Made by a program: the position numbers and the translations under genes. Below the pieces are notes generated by a model, which did not search any database, had not been told where the DNA came from, and saw nothing but the letters and a program-made list of their open reading frames with translations. From contig OX597827.1 of assembly GCA_951406725.2 (NCBI GenBank), positions 24,056,001 through 24,120,000 of the forward strand: DNA of 64,000 bases, written 5' to 3'. Position 1 is the stretch's first letter, and every line of letters begins with the position of its first letter. The stretch comes from Octopus vulgaris (taxonomy: Eukaryota). This document shows, one piece after another, positions 1 through 12,742 of the stretch.

Positions 1-1238
1 TCATCATCATGTAACGTCCGCTTTCCATGTTGGCATGAGTTGGATGGTCTGGCTGAAAACTGGTAAACCAGGGGCAGCACCTGCTTTAACAAGGTTTCTA
101 TGGCTGGATGCCCTTCCTGATACCAACCACTCCAAGAGTGTAGTGGATGTGTTCTACATGCCACCGGCATTGGTGCCAATGACCAGACACTTGGTTGACA
201 GGTCTACACAAGTACAGTATGTCACCAAAGCTTTCGGCCATCTGTCACTGCATCCATGAGGTCCAATGCTCGAATAGTGCTTTTTATGTACTACCAGCAT
301 GGATGCCAGTCGGACAGCATTGGCACTGGCCATAACTACGATTTCACTTGGCTCAAGAAGCCTTCACAAGCAAAGCATATCACCCAATGGTAAAATGATG
401 CTTTCAAGGGGCCAGTTATGCGACACTGTCATCAGCCACAACTACAGTCTCACTTGGCTTAAGACATCAGACAAAATGCTTAACAATATTTCTTCTGGTC
501 TTTTGTGTTCTGAGTTTAAATCCAGCCAAGGTCAACTTTATCTTTATGGTGCAGTAGACCAAGAACTGGGTTTGATATATTTGACTGAAAACACTGAAAG
601 AGTGTGCCTCAGCAGAGCCAATGAGCCCAAACAGTGAAAACAATAAATAAATGAAAGAATTACAGGTATATAACATTGAAAGGGAGTCAAAGTATTTCAT
701 AATAAACATGTATTAAACTTTACTTGCGAAGACCTGTTGGAGCAAGTGAAATCAAAATCAAAACCGCTGATGTTGCCGATGACAGTAACACCTGAGTGGC
801 ACTTGTGCCAGTGGAACGTTAAAAGCACCATCTGAGCATGATCGTTGCCAGGGCCACTGATTGGTTCCCGTGCTGGTAGCACATAAAAAGCACCATTCAA
901 GCGTGGTTGTTGCCAGTGCCACAGGACTGGCTGTCGTGCGGGTAGCACGTAAAAAACACCTTTTGAGCGTGGTTGTTGCCAGAATCACGTGACTGGCTCT
1001 CATGTTGGTGGCACTTAAAAGCACCCACTACACTCTTGGAATGGTTGTCATTAGGAAGGGCATCCAGCTGTAGAAACATTGCCAGATCAGATTGGAGCCT
1101 GGTGCAGCCTTTTTGCTCACCAGTCCTCAGTCAAACCGTCCAACCCATATGTAAAACATAGAAAATGCTTATAGATAAGTATACATGTGTATATATATGA
1201 ATGCATGTGAATGAATATATGCAAGGAGGTATACATAC

Positions 1239-1422
1239 CAATATCGTATTTTGGGGTTATATGAATAAAGTTTATCTGTGATGTGATTAGTCGCCGAACT
1301 AACAGAATGGTAGCCGCCGTAGACGTAGATCAACTGCCTATTCTTATCATAAACACTCGAGTGCCAACAAGTATTCTTCACTATTGCTCCAGACGTTTCT
1401 GGTATAAACCAGCTTTTGTTGC
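1239..1422 (-). CDS. ATRN: Attractin-like gene, coding exon 8 (Kelch); gene continues beyond window start
   Basis: NKSWFIPETSGAIVKNTCWHSSVYDKNRQLIYVYGGYHS...TDKLYSYNPKIRYW; acceptor ctttgcag|, donor TG|GTATGT; 184 nt, phase 1-2. Confidence 0.9.
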
Positions 1423-1613
1423 CTGCAAAGTACAGAGAAACAATTATTTAGAAAAGGGAAAAGGTCAATGAATAAACAACACAACACACCCATGACCCAT
1501 AGATTTGTAAGAGTGGGATTGTGAGTGAGTGTATATAATCAAGAGAAAGGAAGAAAAAAAAAGAAATTTACAAACAACAAGAAAGTGAGATGGAAAAGCT
1601 GAAAGAAACTGAC

Positions 1614-1842
1614 CAAAGTAGAATTCCTGAATGCAATGTAGATAGCCATAAATGGGACTGTGACCGAAGAAAACATGCATCACATCATCAACAACATGAG
1701 CCGTGTGGCCAGACACGGCGAGCTGGTAGCTCTCCCATGTTGAATTTTTCAGTAGCGTCCAAACTTCCTGACCCAGGTCAAACATCCAAAATTCATTGGA
1801 GATGTTGTTGCCAACCACACCTCCATACATGTACAGCTGGTT
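1614..1842 (-). CDS. ATRN: Attractin-like gene, coding exon 7 (Kelch)
   Basis: NQLYMYGGVVGNNISNEFWMFDL...AVSGHTAHVVDDVMHVFFGHSPIYGYLHCIQEFYF (attractin-like VFFGHSP.YGY motif); acceptor cttccag|, donor G|GTCAGT; 229 nt, phase 0-1. Confidence 0.92.
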
Positions 1843-2700
1843 CTGGAAGATTGAGGAAAGCATCAATAATGACAGACAGACAGATGTGTGTAAATGTGCA
1901 TGAGCGTAAGAATATGCATGTGTTTGAGTAAATATACACGTGTAGAAGTGTAAACATGAATGAGCATGTGCATGCTTGAATGTGCATATACAATGACAAT
2001 ATCACTAAAGTTAAGAACAACCAGCCTGACATTGTTATATAGAATTACAAAATAAGAGCCAGCTCTGTGGTTACTCAATGATACAGAAGTCATTTAACCC
2101 AACTGATTTCTCTGTCATAATTTCTTTGTTATTTATGACTTAGAAAAGGAAGTTAGAATCAACAAACGTTTTGCAGGGCATCTAAAACTGGTGCAAAGAA
2201 GAGAACCTAGTTCAAGTGCTTGTAAAGTTTAGATGATGGTGCTAACTCTAACAACAGATAAGTCTAGCACCCAAGAATAGGAATATCCAATGAGCTTACG
2301 CACAATTTTCATCTAGCCAGGTTTAACCCACAAGGTTTTCATTGAACAGAGGCTGTAGTAGAAAACACTTGCTCAAGGAGTTATGCAATGGGATCACACT
2401 CAGAACCACAGGGCTATGAATGTGCCCTGGAGAGTTGGGTCCTTGAGAAGATGTGCAAGAGATTGTTTTGTGGTGCAGTGTATAAAAAAAATAAAACTTG
2501 AAATCTGGAAAAAATTCTGATTCCAGAGTTGTGTTACAGGAAAATATTAAATTCAGATTGGACATAATAAATCTGGTGATTAGAGTTGAAATATTCTGCC
2601 AGGGATCATAACAGAAGACACCAACTGAAGATGCTCCAAACCTGAAACCACAGTCACAAAGTAAAATTCTTGACCAAGCAGCCAAAATTACACCTATGTA

Positions 2701-2752
<52 letters not shown>

Positions 2753-2824
2753 AGGATGTATGTAAGTGGGTGTATAGCTGTACTTGTATAGAAATTAAAG
2801 CCATCAGAGTAAAACTGAACTTAC

Positions 2825-2936
2825 CTCATGAAGTACAAGCGAGTGTCCATGACGTGAATTGGGAGTGGGATTTCTTGAGTCAGGAGTGCTTGGAGGTGGA
2901 TAAAACATTGTCCATTTTTCCTCTGTTAAATTGAAG
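2825..2936 (-). CDS. ATRN: Attractin-like gene, coding exon 6 (Kelch); not in ORF track
   Basis: Hand translation (V)FNLTEEKWTMFYPPPSTPDSRNPTPNSRHGHSLVLHE; acceptor ttttacttcag|, donor GAG|GTAAG; 112 nt, phase 2-0. Confidence 0.9.
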
Positions 2937-4438
2937 CTGAAGTAAAAATTTGAGACAAAAAAATAATTCTCTCAGAATATCTTAATCAATATATAATATA
3001 AAAATAATGATGCCCTGCTTCTTATTCATGTGTATACATTACATACATGAGGGTTAGATGACACCTTGCGCTTGCCATCATTACTCAAACATCTGCTTTT
3101 CCCTGCATGCTTGCTTTGGACAGAGTTTATTGAGGCAGATTCCCTACAGTCAGACGCCCTTCCTGTCACTGACCCATACCTGGTTTCCAAGCAAAGTAAG
3201 ATTTCAAAGGTCAAACATGTTTTCACAGAATATTGAAAAAAAAATGTTTGTTTTGTTATTTGGCTGTGTGGTAAGAAGCTTGTTACCCAACCATGTGGTT
3301 TCGAGTTCAGTCCCACTGCATGCACCTTGTGCAAGTGTCTCCTACTATAGCCTCCGGCCAACGAAAGCCTTGTGAGTGGATTTGATAGATGGAAACTGAA
3401 AGAAACCCGTTGTGTGTGTGTGTTTATGTGTCTGTTTGTCTCTCCCACCATTGCTTGACAACTGATGTTGGTGCGCTTAGAGGTTCAGCAAAAGAGACTG
3501 ATAGAATAAGTACTAGGCTTACAAAGAATAAGTCCTGGGGTCAGTTTCTTTGACTAAAAGCAGTGCTCCAGCATGGCCACAGTCATATGACTGAAACAAA
3601 TGAAAGAATAAGAGAGTAAGGCAACCACTTTACAGAGTGTCCTCTGCATGCTTTTCATGTGGCACCAGCAAAGAGAGAGAGGTGCAGTGTAGTAGGGGCC
3701 TCTTTTTTCCTTTTTACTGGTACCATGTAAAAACCATGCAGTACATTCTGTGAAGTGGTTGGCACTAGGATGGGCATCTAGCCGTAGAAACCACGTAACG
3801 GCAGACAATAGAGCCTGGTGCAGCTCTCCAGCCTTGCCAGCCCCTGCCAAATTGTCCAACCCATACCTGCATGGAAAACAGATGTTAAATAGTGATGAGG
3901 AGGAATTAAAGAAAGTCTGAAAAGAAGTCGGCAGGAACATAACACAAGCAAATTCCAAACATCCAGTCTTCAGTGATGATAATAAAATAATTTATTTTAA
4001 ATAGTTATAAAATTTCTTTCTGGAAGAACTTGGTGTGAATTTCTGTGCAAAAGTGCAGACTCAACTCATCTGGTCGAAGATAAAGAAACACTTCACTGGT
4101 ATTATGTGGTACATGGAAAAAGGCAGCAAACTGGCAGAATCATTACCATGCTGGGCGAAATACTTGGTGGTATTTCACACATCACTACGTTCTGAGTTCA
4201 ATTTCTGCCGAGGTCAACTTTACCTTTCGGGGTCAATAAATTAAGTACCAGTGAAACACTGGGGTCGATGTAATCGACTAGTCCCCCTCCCCCCAAATTT
4301 CAGGCATTGTGCCAATAGTAGAAAGGATTATGTGGTATATGAAAGGATTATCCCGTCATTGTTGTATTTCTACAGTTTGTGTGTCTAGAATTGGGGATGA
4401 TGCGGGTTCAATGGTGTCTAAATGTTTAAATTACTTAC

Positions 4439-4598
4439 ACAGACATCAGCATGGTATCTTCTTCAAAACTGTATCCTCCAACAACCCACACTGTATCATT
4501 GACCTTAGCCACTTGATGAGATGCTCGGCCACTTATTTGCTTTTCTGGTGGTAATCGTGTCCACAGATCATTGCCATCTTTCCGACTACAATCATTAC
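4439..4598 (-). CDS. ATRN: Attractin-like gene, coding exon 5 (end of EGF, first Kelch repeat)
   Basis: NDCSRKDGNDLWTRL...GRASHQVAKVNDTVWVVGGYSF (Kelch R.SH...VVGG); acceptor attttcag|, donor GT|GTAAGT; 160 nt, phase 1-2. Confidence 0.9.
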
Positions 4599-4989
4599 CT
4601 GAAAATAACGACAAAAAATCTTGAGAATATCGAACAAAGACAGTGGACAGAACTGTGATGTGTTTGGATGGCACGTGACGGTCAGCTTAGTACAAGTGAC
4701 AGTAAGAGGACAGCAGAAGTAGAATCAACCACAAGACAAGATATAAGATAAGACACAGGATTATAAGGAAACCCAGAAAGAAAATGAAAGACACAACAAG
4801 ATGAAGATACAAGATAAGGATGAAAGACGACAAGAGAGAAGACATAGAAATACAAGAAGATGTTAAACACAAGAAGACAACCAAAGACATATGAAATGGA
4901 AGCCACGGATAGAAAAATAAGAGGACAAAGAGTGAACAACAAAAAAAAACACACAACCATGATAATGATGTCTAAAATGTTTTCCTCAC

Positions 4990-5162
4990 CAATATATCCT
5001 GTATCACATTCACACTGATTGTTCCAGCAATTTCCGTGGTTGGAGCAATTATTTGGACAGAGTTCAATCTCACAGCCATCGCCCACATAACCCTTCTGAC
5101 ACCGGCACACATAATTTTCACAAAGGCCATGACCTGAACACTTTAATGGACAGCCACCAACT
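4990..5162 (-). CDS. ATRN: Attractin-like gene, coding exon 4 (two EGF-like repeats)
   Basis: VGGCPLKCSGHGLCENYVCRCQKGYVGDGCEIELCPNNCSNHGNCWNNQCECDTGYIG; acceptor gttttcag|, donor G|GTGAG; 173 nt, phase 2-1. Confidence 0.92.
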
Positions 5163-5266
5163 CTGAAAACAAAGAGAAACTGGAGTTTAAACAAGATTAA
5201 GTGATATTCATACCTCTTTTAATAAGTTGGTATGATACAAAGTGATAGCCTACCTTGACCTTAACT

Positions 5267-5610
5267 ATTAAATCAAACCATAAATAATGCGCTTTTTTAT
5301 ACTTCTTATATTTTTCAAAATTAAGATAAAGTTTTTTCAATCTAAAATATACTCTCCTTCTTTTTCTACAATGCTCTTCCATCTATCTGGTAGACTTGCA
5401 AGGCCCCTCTTTACTTGTCTGTGACAAAAAATACTCCTCCAGTGCTGTTCTGACCTCATCTACAGAATTCACATTTTTTCCATCGAAATGATTTTGAAGA
5501 CTGCAGAATAAATGATAATCAGATGGGGTATTGTCCAGCAAATATGGTGGGTGGGGCATCATTTCCTATTCAAACTGCCCCAACCTTTGGAATGTCATCC
5601 TCGCTGTGTG
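5267..5610 (-). mobile_element. Mariner 3' end relic
   Basis: Minus strand reads PHPPYLLDNTPSDYHLFCSLQNHFDGKK (degenerate YSPDLAPSDYHLF), followed by a TIR-like AT-rich end. Confidence 0.65.
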
Positions 5611-7234
5611 TGGTCGACCAAAGCAAAATATGCCGAATATGCTCCTTTGTCACTTCCATTATTACTTTGAAAAATAACTGTTAAAATCAAACTGCACTCT
5701 TCAAAACTTACACTAAGAATAAGTACAAGGTAAAATTACTACCTGCTTTTATAACAAGTTGATGCAGGTCGTTTATCCTGTCTCCCTCCAACTTTTAGTT
5801 CATGCAATTGAAAAAAACCACATTATTTATGGTATGACCCAATATAATACTATTTCTAACATAGGTACAAGGCCTCAGATTAGGTAGATTCTGTCCTGGC
5901 ACCAGGTAAAAAGCACTCATACTAGTACCACATAAAAAACACCCACACTGTTGCTGGTGTCACATCAAAATCACCAGTACTGGTGCCACGTAAAAGGCAC
6001 CTATACTGGTGCCACACAAAGTACTGAGTAAACTCTGTAAAGTGGTTGGCATAAGGAAGGGCATCCAGCCATAGAAACCAAGTCTAAACAGATGAAAGGA
6101 GCCTGGTGTAGCCATCAGGCTTGACAGCTCCTGTCAAACTGTTCAACGCATGCCAGCATGGAAAACGGATTTTAAATGAGGATGATGATGATGATACAGT
6201 TTGAGTAGAATATTTGACTGCTACATTATTTAATCAACCCCAGGACATAAGCAAGTTTGTCGACTGACCCCAGAGGACACTAAATGTTCACAGAACTGAC
6301 AACACCACCACCATCACATTATAAATTTACCTGAAATTGCACACTAAACACTTCAGCCAATCCTTCTTCACCTTAACTTGTATCCCACTAAATCTCTCCA
6401 CCCCAACAGCACCATTTTCCCATGATTCCAACTTCCAACTGTTCAAAACTAAACAAGTTCAAGGCCACTTCTCCCCCCACCTCCATCTTTCTTTCACTAA
6501 AGGTCAAGGCCAGTGAATGTCCACTACATCAATGTCATCAATCTAGGGACGAGCTAAAAAGGTTACAATGACTGAGCATCTTTTGCATCAATCATATCAA
6601 TCAAGGAGTGAACTGCAGAGGACAAGGTCTCTGCCCAGACTCTTATCACCATCTTTTAGCTTTTACTTGTTTCAGTCGATGGACTGTGGCCATACTGGAG
6701 TACTGCCTTGAAGAATTTCAGTTGAACAAAATCAACCCCCAGCACTTGTTTTTTTTTTTTTTTAAACCTGGAACTTATTGTATTGGTCTCTTTTGCTGAA
6801 CTGCTAAGTTATAAGGGTGTAAACACACAAACAACAGATGTCCAGTGGTGATGGGTGACAAACACAGCCACAAAGACACAAACACACACATATGTTGGGC
6901 TTGTTTTAGTTTCCGTCTACCAAATTCACTCAAGGGATTTGGTCAGCCCATGACTATTTTAGGAAACATTTGCCAAGGTACCAAGCTATGAACCTGGAAC
7001 CAAGTGGTTAAGAAGTAAACTTTTTACCATACTGCCATACCTGGAAAAAAAAAATCTTCCAGTAAAATAACTCTAAAACAGCAACAACAAAATCAGTTTG
7101 TCCTTCTGGCATCTTAATTATGCAAGGGTTGGGAAAAACAGGACAGTCACAGCAGAAATGTATTTAATCATTACACAGAATGGGGCTGACCTTGCCTTCA
7201 ATAAAAATAAAACTATTTGCCAGCCAACACTTAC

Positions 7235-7360
7235 CTGTAGCTTATGTTGAATCCAGACATGTTAAATGCTAAATCACTGAAAAACATCAGATATGCTGAC
7301 CCTGATTTGGCTGTAATTTCTATGTTGGACTCTTCTTTGTTATCTTCAATGATGACCCCA
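7235..7360 (-). CDS. ATRN: Attractin-like gene, coding exon 3 (CUB domain C-half); not in ORF track
   Basis: Hand translation (S)GVIIEDNKEESNIEITAKSGSAYLMFFSDLAFNMSGFNISY resembles attractin SGYALLHFFSDAAYNLTGFNITY. Acceptor tttatttcag|, donor AG|GTAAGT; 126 nt, phase 2-2. Confidence 0.92.
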
Positions 7361-7372
7361 CTGAAATAAATA

Positions 7373-7404
<32 letters not shown>

Positions 7405-8549
7405 TGTTAATTCTTTCTACTATAGAGGCACAAGACCTAAAATTGTTTTTTCAGTGAGGAAGGCAAGTTGATTACATGAACGCCAGTGTTCAAATGGTAC
7501 TATTTCATCAACTTCAGCAGAATTTGAATTCAGAATGTAAAGATGGCTGTTACCTGCCATGCTAATGATTTGGCCAGCACGCTGCCAATAATAATATTAA
7601 TGATTACAAATTTTGGCACAAGGCCAGCAATTTTAGGGGAGAGGGTAAATCAATTGATCCCAGTCGTTAATTGGTACTTATTTCATTGACCCCAGAAGGT
7701 TGAAAGGCAGAGTTCACCTTGGCACAATTTGAACTTGGAACATAAAAAAGACAAATGAAATGCCCCTAAGCATTTTGCTCCGTGTGCTAACGATTCTGCC
7801 GACTCGCCACCATCTTAATAATAATAATAATCCTTTCTACTGTAGGCACAAGGCCTGAAATTTGGGGGAAGGGATTAAGTCAATTACATTGACCCCAGTG
7901 TGTAACTGGTACTATTTAATCAACCCCAAAAGGATGAAAGGCAAAGTAGAACTCGGAATAATAATGATAAATAATAATAATAATTCTTTCTACAATAGGT
8001 ACACTAATATAATCAATGGAGAACTTTATAGTAATTAATTTTTTCCCAATTTGATAGAGAGCAATCTCTTCTCCCTCTTCTACACTAATTCAATTCATAT
8101 CAGAGAAGCATTACAGGAATATTACACCGATTCCATTATCTGACTGTTGCTTTACTGACCCTAAAAGGATGAAAAACTAAGTTTGATACCAACAAGATTT
8201 GAACTGAGAATGTAAGGACCATTCCTAAACACCACAAGGTATTTTAATTTCATGTTCTAATTCTGGCAATCCACTACTTGATTGGCTTGACAATTACTAG
8301 AAATATTTAGTTCGGGGCAGTAACATTTTCCACAATGCTACACCTTTGTAATAATCCTTTCTAAGGCCCGAAATTTTGGGGGAGGGGGCCAGTCGATTAG
8401 ATCGACCCCAGTACGCAACTGGTACTTAATTTATCAACCCCGAAAGGATGAAAAGTGAAGCCGACCTCGACGGAATCTACACCTTTATAATAATGATTTC
8501 TGATACCAGCACAATGCCACAAACTTCAGGGTGCATATACTTGATTTAG

Positions 8550-8767
8550 TCCTTTAGCATTTAAACAGGCCACATCCGGCCCAAATATTCTACTTATTTT
8601 ATGTTCACTCTGACCAGATCTGGCTTTTCACACCTATCCTATAATGTCATTCTAAAAATAAGCAATCACATTATTGAAATCTCAGAGATGAGATAATGCA
8701 TGATTAATTCAAAACAATGTGAATAAATAAGCATTGCATTTGACAGAGTAATCTGAATGCTAAAGAA
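8550..8767. mobile_element. Older piggyBac-like MITE (second family; split related copy ~39985..40525)
   Basis: Termini CCTTTAGCATT / AATGCTAAAG(AA)TTAA with decayed TTAA flanks. Confidence 0.55.
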
Positions 8768-8985
8768 TTAAACACCTCAGTATTTTACTGGTACTTTAAA
8801 ATTTTTACTTTACTACTATTTTATTGATCTGCAGAGAATGAAGGGTGAAGTCCTCAACAACATCAAGGTTTAAACTTACAAATATGAAGGTACATAAGTA
8901 ATTCCCAAAAGGTAACTTTTTTTTTTTCCACTGCCCAATCCACAACAACTAAAATAATTGCTAGAGTCTCAGTAGGAATGTTTAC

Positions 8986-9192
8986 CTGTAGGCTGCAAGG
9001 AGTGTGGAGAAAGCAGAATCCCCATCATAAATATAGAGGTGGTCCCATCCACATTCTGTGATGAAATGCAGCATTTGTATGTGAATTGGACGGCTGCTGT
9101 TTGTCGTGTTGGGGTTTATCAACCAGCTACATTTACAATTTTCAGAATAATTTGCAGGACCATCTGTAACGTAACCTGTCATGGATATGAGA
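8986..9192 (-). CDS. ATRN: Attractin-like gene, coding exon 2 (CUB domain N-half)
   Basis: LISMTGYVTDGPANYSENCKCSWLI...HFITECGWDHLYIYDGDS...LLAAY matches attractin CUB motifs (TDGPGNY, ECSWDHLYVYDGDS). Acceptor tatttcag|, donor AG|GTAAA; 207 nt, phase 2-2. Confidence 0.93.
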
Positions 9193-10003
9193 CTGAAATA
9201 CAAGAAGAAGAACAACAACAAGATGAATAATTAATTTACAATAATAGCAATACTTGAACATACACATAACACATGAGCACCCAACAACCACCACCAAAAT
9301 CCTTCAAACCCAACAATGAAAACTCAAGTGGGGCCCTCTCAGTTGACTATCTAATACCTATTTCTTTACTACCCACAAGGGGCTAAACACAGAGAGGACA
9401 AACAAGGACAGACAAACGGATTAAGTCAATTATATCTACCCCAGTACATAACTGGTACTTATTTAATCAACCCCAAAAGGATGAAAGGCAAAGTCGACCT
9501 CAGCGGAATTTGAACTCAGAACGTAGCGGCAGACGAAATATCGTTAAGCAATTCGCCCGGCATGCTAACATTTCTGCCAGTTCTAATACCAGAGTAGTAA
9601 AGAACTCACTGAGAAATCAGTAGCAATAAAGAAAAATATTGTAGTTTACCCTTGGCCTAAACTCTTAATGCCCAAGTGTTCCTAACAACAGCAGGATCAA
9701 TCTATAGTACCGAAAAGTAGTCTGTTCCTTGGGGGAAATCCTACCGTGGCCCTGTCTCCTACCTGGGAGAAGGTTTGCCATCCAAAAATCTAAAGATAAT
9801 GCCAGTATGGAAAACAAACATATGATATATATATATATATATGGTTAATAGAGGTTGGGATAACCATCTAAGGGATAAAATTATTCATTATACTACCGGT
9901 ATAATTACCTATGTTTAACCCTGGACATACACATGCAAGCATATTAAGTTCATAGGTTACAGATGATGACAAAGATAAAGATGAGTTTATCAGGAATCAA
10001 ATT

Positions 10004-10621
10004 TAAAGTAAACAGAAAATGGAGAAATATTGATCAACAACAATTGACTTACATCAATTATTATTTTTTAATTCAATACAAATAGACTGCATCCCGTCTA
10101 ACAGCTGCTTCTGCTTCCAATGTTATATGGTACTGCCATTGAAAATTATAAAAATAATAATCATCATATTTGGTAAAACATCCAATCTAGAACATGGAGC
10201 TTCATCAGAGTGAAGAAAAAGACATACATATTTTTTTTTTTTATTACTTATCCCCCTGTTGCCCCATAGAAAAATTAACCCACCAATTACTATTTTAGGT
10301 TTAGTCATTCACTCAACATCCCGAAATGATGCATAAGCAAAATGGTAGGATTTAAATATATTCAGCCTTCCATCTTCTCAAGGCTCTTCTTCTTTTCTTT
10401 TATGTATGTATTTTTCTTCACTCTGATGATCCATGTTCCAGATCAGATGTATTACCAAATATGATGAATATTAGTTTCAGAATTTTCAATGACAGTACCA
10501 TATAACATTGGAAGCAGAAACAGCTGTTAGATAGGACATGGCCTATTTGTATTGAATTAATAAATAATTGATGTTAGTCAATTGTTGTTGATCAATATTT
10601 CTCCATTTTCTGTTTACTTTA
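10004..10621. repeat. Long inverted repeat (arms ~225 bp, spacer ~170 bp)
   Basis: 10004..10230 is the reverse complement of 10401..10621, with scattered mismatches. Confidence 0.9.
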
Positions 10622-10799
10622 TATATATACATGTGTGAGTATATATATATATATATATATAAATCCAAAACATGGAACATGAACACTTCAGATGACAATA
10701 AAACATCCAGACAGATAGATGATACGAAGATACAGGAAAAACAAAAAGACAGACAGGACAAAACAAGGATGGGCCATTTGTGTGTGTGTATACACAAAT

Positions 10800-11220
10800 C
10801 GAAATCAAATTCGATGACTGGCATCCATGCTAGTGGGGCGCAAAGAGCACCATACGAGCATTTTCATTGACAGAGCGGCTAACCGGCTTCTATGCCAGTG
10901 GCACATAAAAGTCACCATTCGAGTGTGATCGTTACCAGCATCGCCTTACTGGCACTTGTGCCGGTGGCATGTATAAAAATATTTGAGCGAGGTCGCTGCC
11001 AGTACCGCCTAACTGGCCCTCGTGCCGGTGGAACGTAAAAGCACCCACTACACTCTCGGAGTGGTTGGCATTAGGAAGGGTATCCAGCTGTAGAAACTCA
11101 GCCAGATCAAGATTGGAGCCTGGTGCAGCCATCTGGTTCGCCAGTCCTCAGTCAAATTGTCCCAACCCATGCTAGCATGGAAAGCGGACATTAAACGACA
11201 CCGATGATGTTGATGATGAC
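10800..11220 (+). mobile_element. RTE-tail-related interspersed repeat (family C) with internal ~64-bp minisatellite
   Basis: Units GTGCC.GTGGCAC.TAAAAAGCACC..., then conserved AAGGGCATCCAGCTGTAGAAAC...CCAACCCATGCTAGCATGGAAAGCGGAC.TTAAACGATGATG tail. Other copies at about 1-460(-), 700-1170, 5890-6195, 13141-13372(-), 21100-21567, 25545-25800, 28170-28600(-), 44935-45310, 51085-51380(-), 53515-53860, 55005-55685, 57000-57325. Confidence 0.7.
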
Positions 11221-11519
11221 ACACACACACACACCTTCATGAGGGTAAACATAGTCAACATATAGCTATTTAGCTATATAGTACACACACACTGTATTGT
11301 TAATCCAAACTACAGTAATAATCTAATCCAGTTTAACAGAACAGCTATTGTTGTTCTTAAAACAGCAACACTACCACCACCAACACTTTTGCTACCACTA
11401 CACTACTACCAATACATAATCACTATATCTGCTAGAAATAGCAATCAAATGTTACCACTACAACCAATCCACCATTGTTATTACCACAACCTATATATAT
11501 ATATATATATATATATATA

Positions 11520-12690
11520 CGCGGGGCGTTCAATAAGTAATGCCTCTGACCCACTTGCAGTTGTTTGATCTAGCTGAAATTTTGCATGTGCAATTACCTA
11601 TATCTCTATAGATTAAGTGGCAAATTACAGCTCTGAACTAATTGTGGTTTCTGATTTACAGGTGTTTGAACTGAGTCAAGTGTGAAACGGAGCCTGTTGA
11701 GTGTCGAGCAGTGATGCGGTTTTTGTATTTGAAAGGACGCACACCACGGGAGACTTTTGATGAAATAAAAGTAACTTATGGTGATGATGCCCCATCATAT
11801 GACCTTGTAAAACGCTGGCATCGTGAATTCAAACATGGTCGGAACTTTGTGGAAACAGCTCCCAGATCTGGTCGCCCCCTTCTGCCATTGATGAGGCATC
11901 TGTCCGTCAAGTTGAGGCTGCCATTTTGGAAGATCGACGCATAACTATTCGCCAAATAGCCCATGAGGTCAAGATTAGTACCGGGTCTGTGGAAACTATC
12001 ATTCATGACCATTTGCATATGCAAAAGGTGTCTGCCAGATGGATTCCCAGGCTGCTCACACCTTTCCAGAAGTAAGAACGCGTCGATAGCGCGAGGATGA
12101 ATTTGGAGATGTGCCAAGAAGATGAGTCAAAATTTTTCAAAAGACTGATTACACAGGATGAAACCTGGGTCCATCACTATGATCCAGAGACCAAAGCCCA
12201 GTCAATGCAGTGGAAGCACCGTGACTCACCTCCTCCAAAGAAGGCAAGGGTGCAGCCCTCCGCTGGCAAGGTCATGCTCACAGTCTTCTGGGACCAGGAC
12301 GGAGTAGTGATGACAGATTTCTTGGCAAAGGGTGCCACAATTACAGGAGTCTATTATGCTTCACTTTTGAGGAAATTAAGAGAAGCTTAACTCATCCCCC
12401 ATCTCCTGACCTGCACCCTCTGATTTTCACCTCTTCCCAGCCATGAAGTTGTTTTTGAAAGGAAAGCGTTTCCCAGATGATGCAGCCTTGATTTCTGAAG
12501 TCACGTCATGGTTGGAGGACCAAGCTGGGGTCTTCTACAAAAACGGTCTTCAGAGCTGCATCAAACGATGGGAGAAATACGTAACTCTGGGTGGTTCCTA
12601 TGTAGAAAAAGACTAATAACTGTGCCAAGTTTCGTTGCTCTACTGCTATGGGAAGTGGGTCAGGGGGCATTACTTATTGAACGCCCCTCG
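11520..12690 (+). mobile_element. Mariner element (irritans/Himar-Hsmar2-like), internally deleted
   Basis: About 37-bp TIRs CG(C/A)GGGGCGTTCAATAAGTAATGCC.CTGACCCACTT, TA on both sides within a (TA)n tract. Transposase motifs WIPRLL, ITQDETWVHHY and SPDL.PSDFHLF. Apparent ACG in place of the start ATG, frameshift near 11880, stop near 12073, and deletion near 12390 removing the second catalytic D. Confidence 0.92.

Positions 12691-12742
<52 letters not shown>

Noticed and set aside
790-1035. CRISPR-like alternation of a conserved motif and variable spacers
   Set aside because: The spacers are homologous to one another (diverged minisatellite), the context is eukaryotic, no cas genes are present, and the module recurs as an interspersed repeat.
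10423-10460. CTGATGA as a hammerhead or C/D-box core
   Set aside because: No stem II-GAAA follows and no box pairing or guide is evident.
11711-12390. SETMAR-like gene
   Set aside because: Only a disrupted mariner transposase between TIRs; no SET domain.
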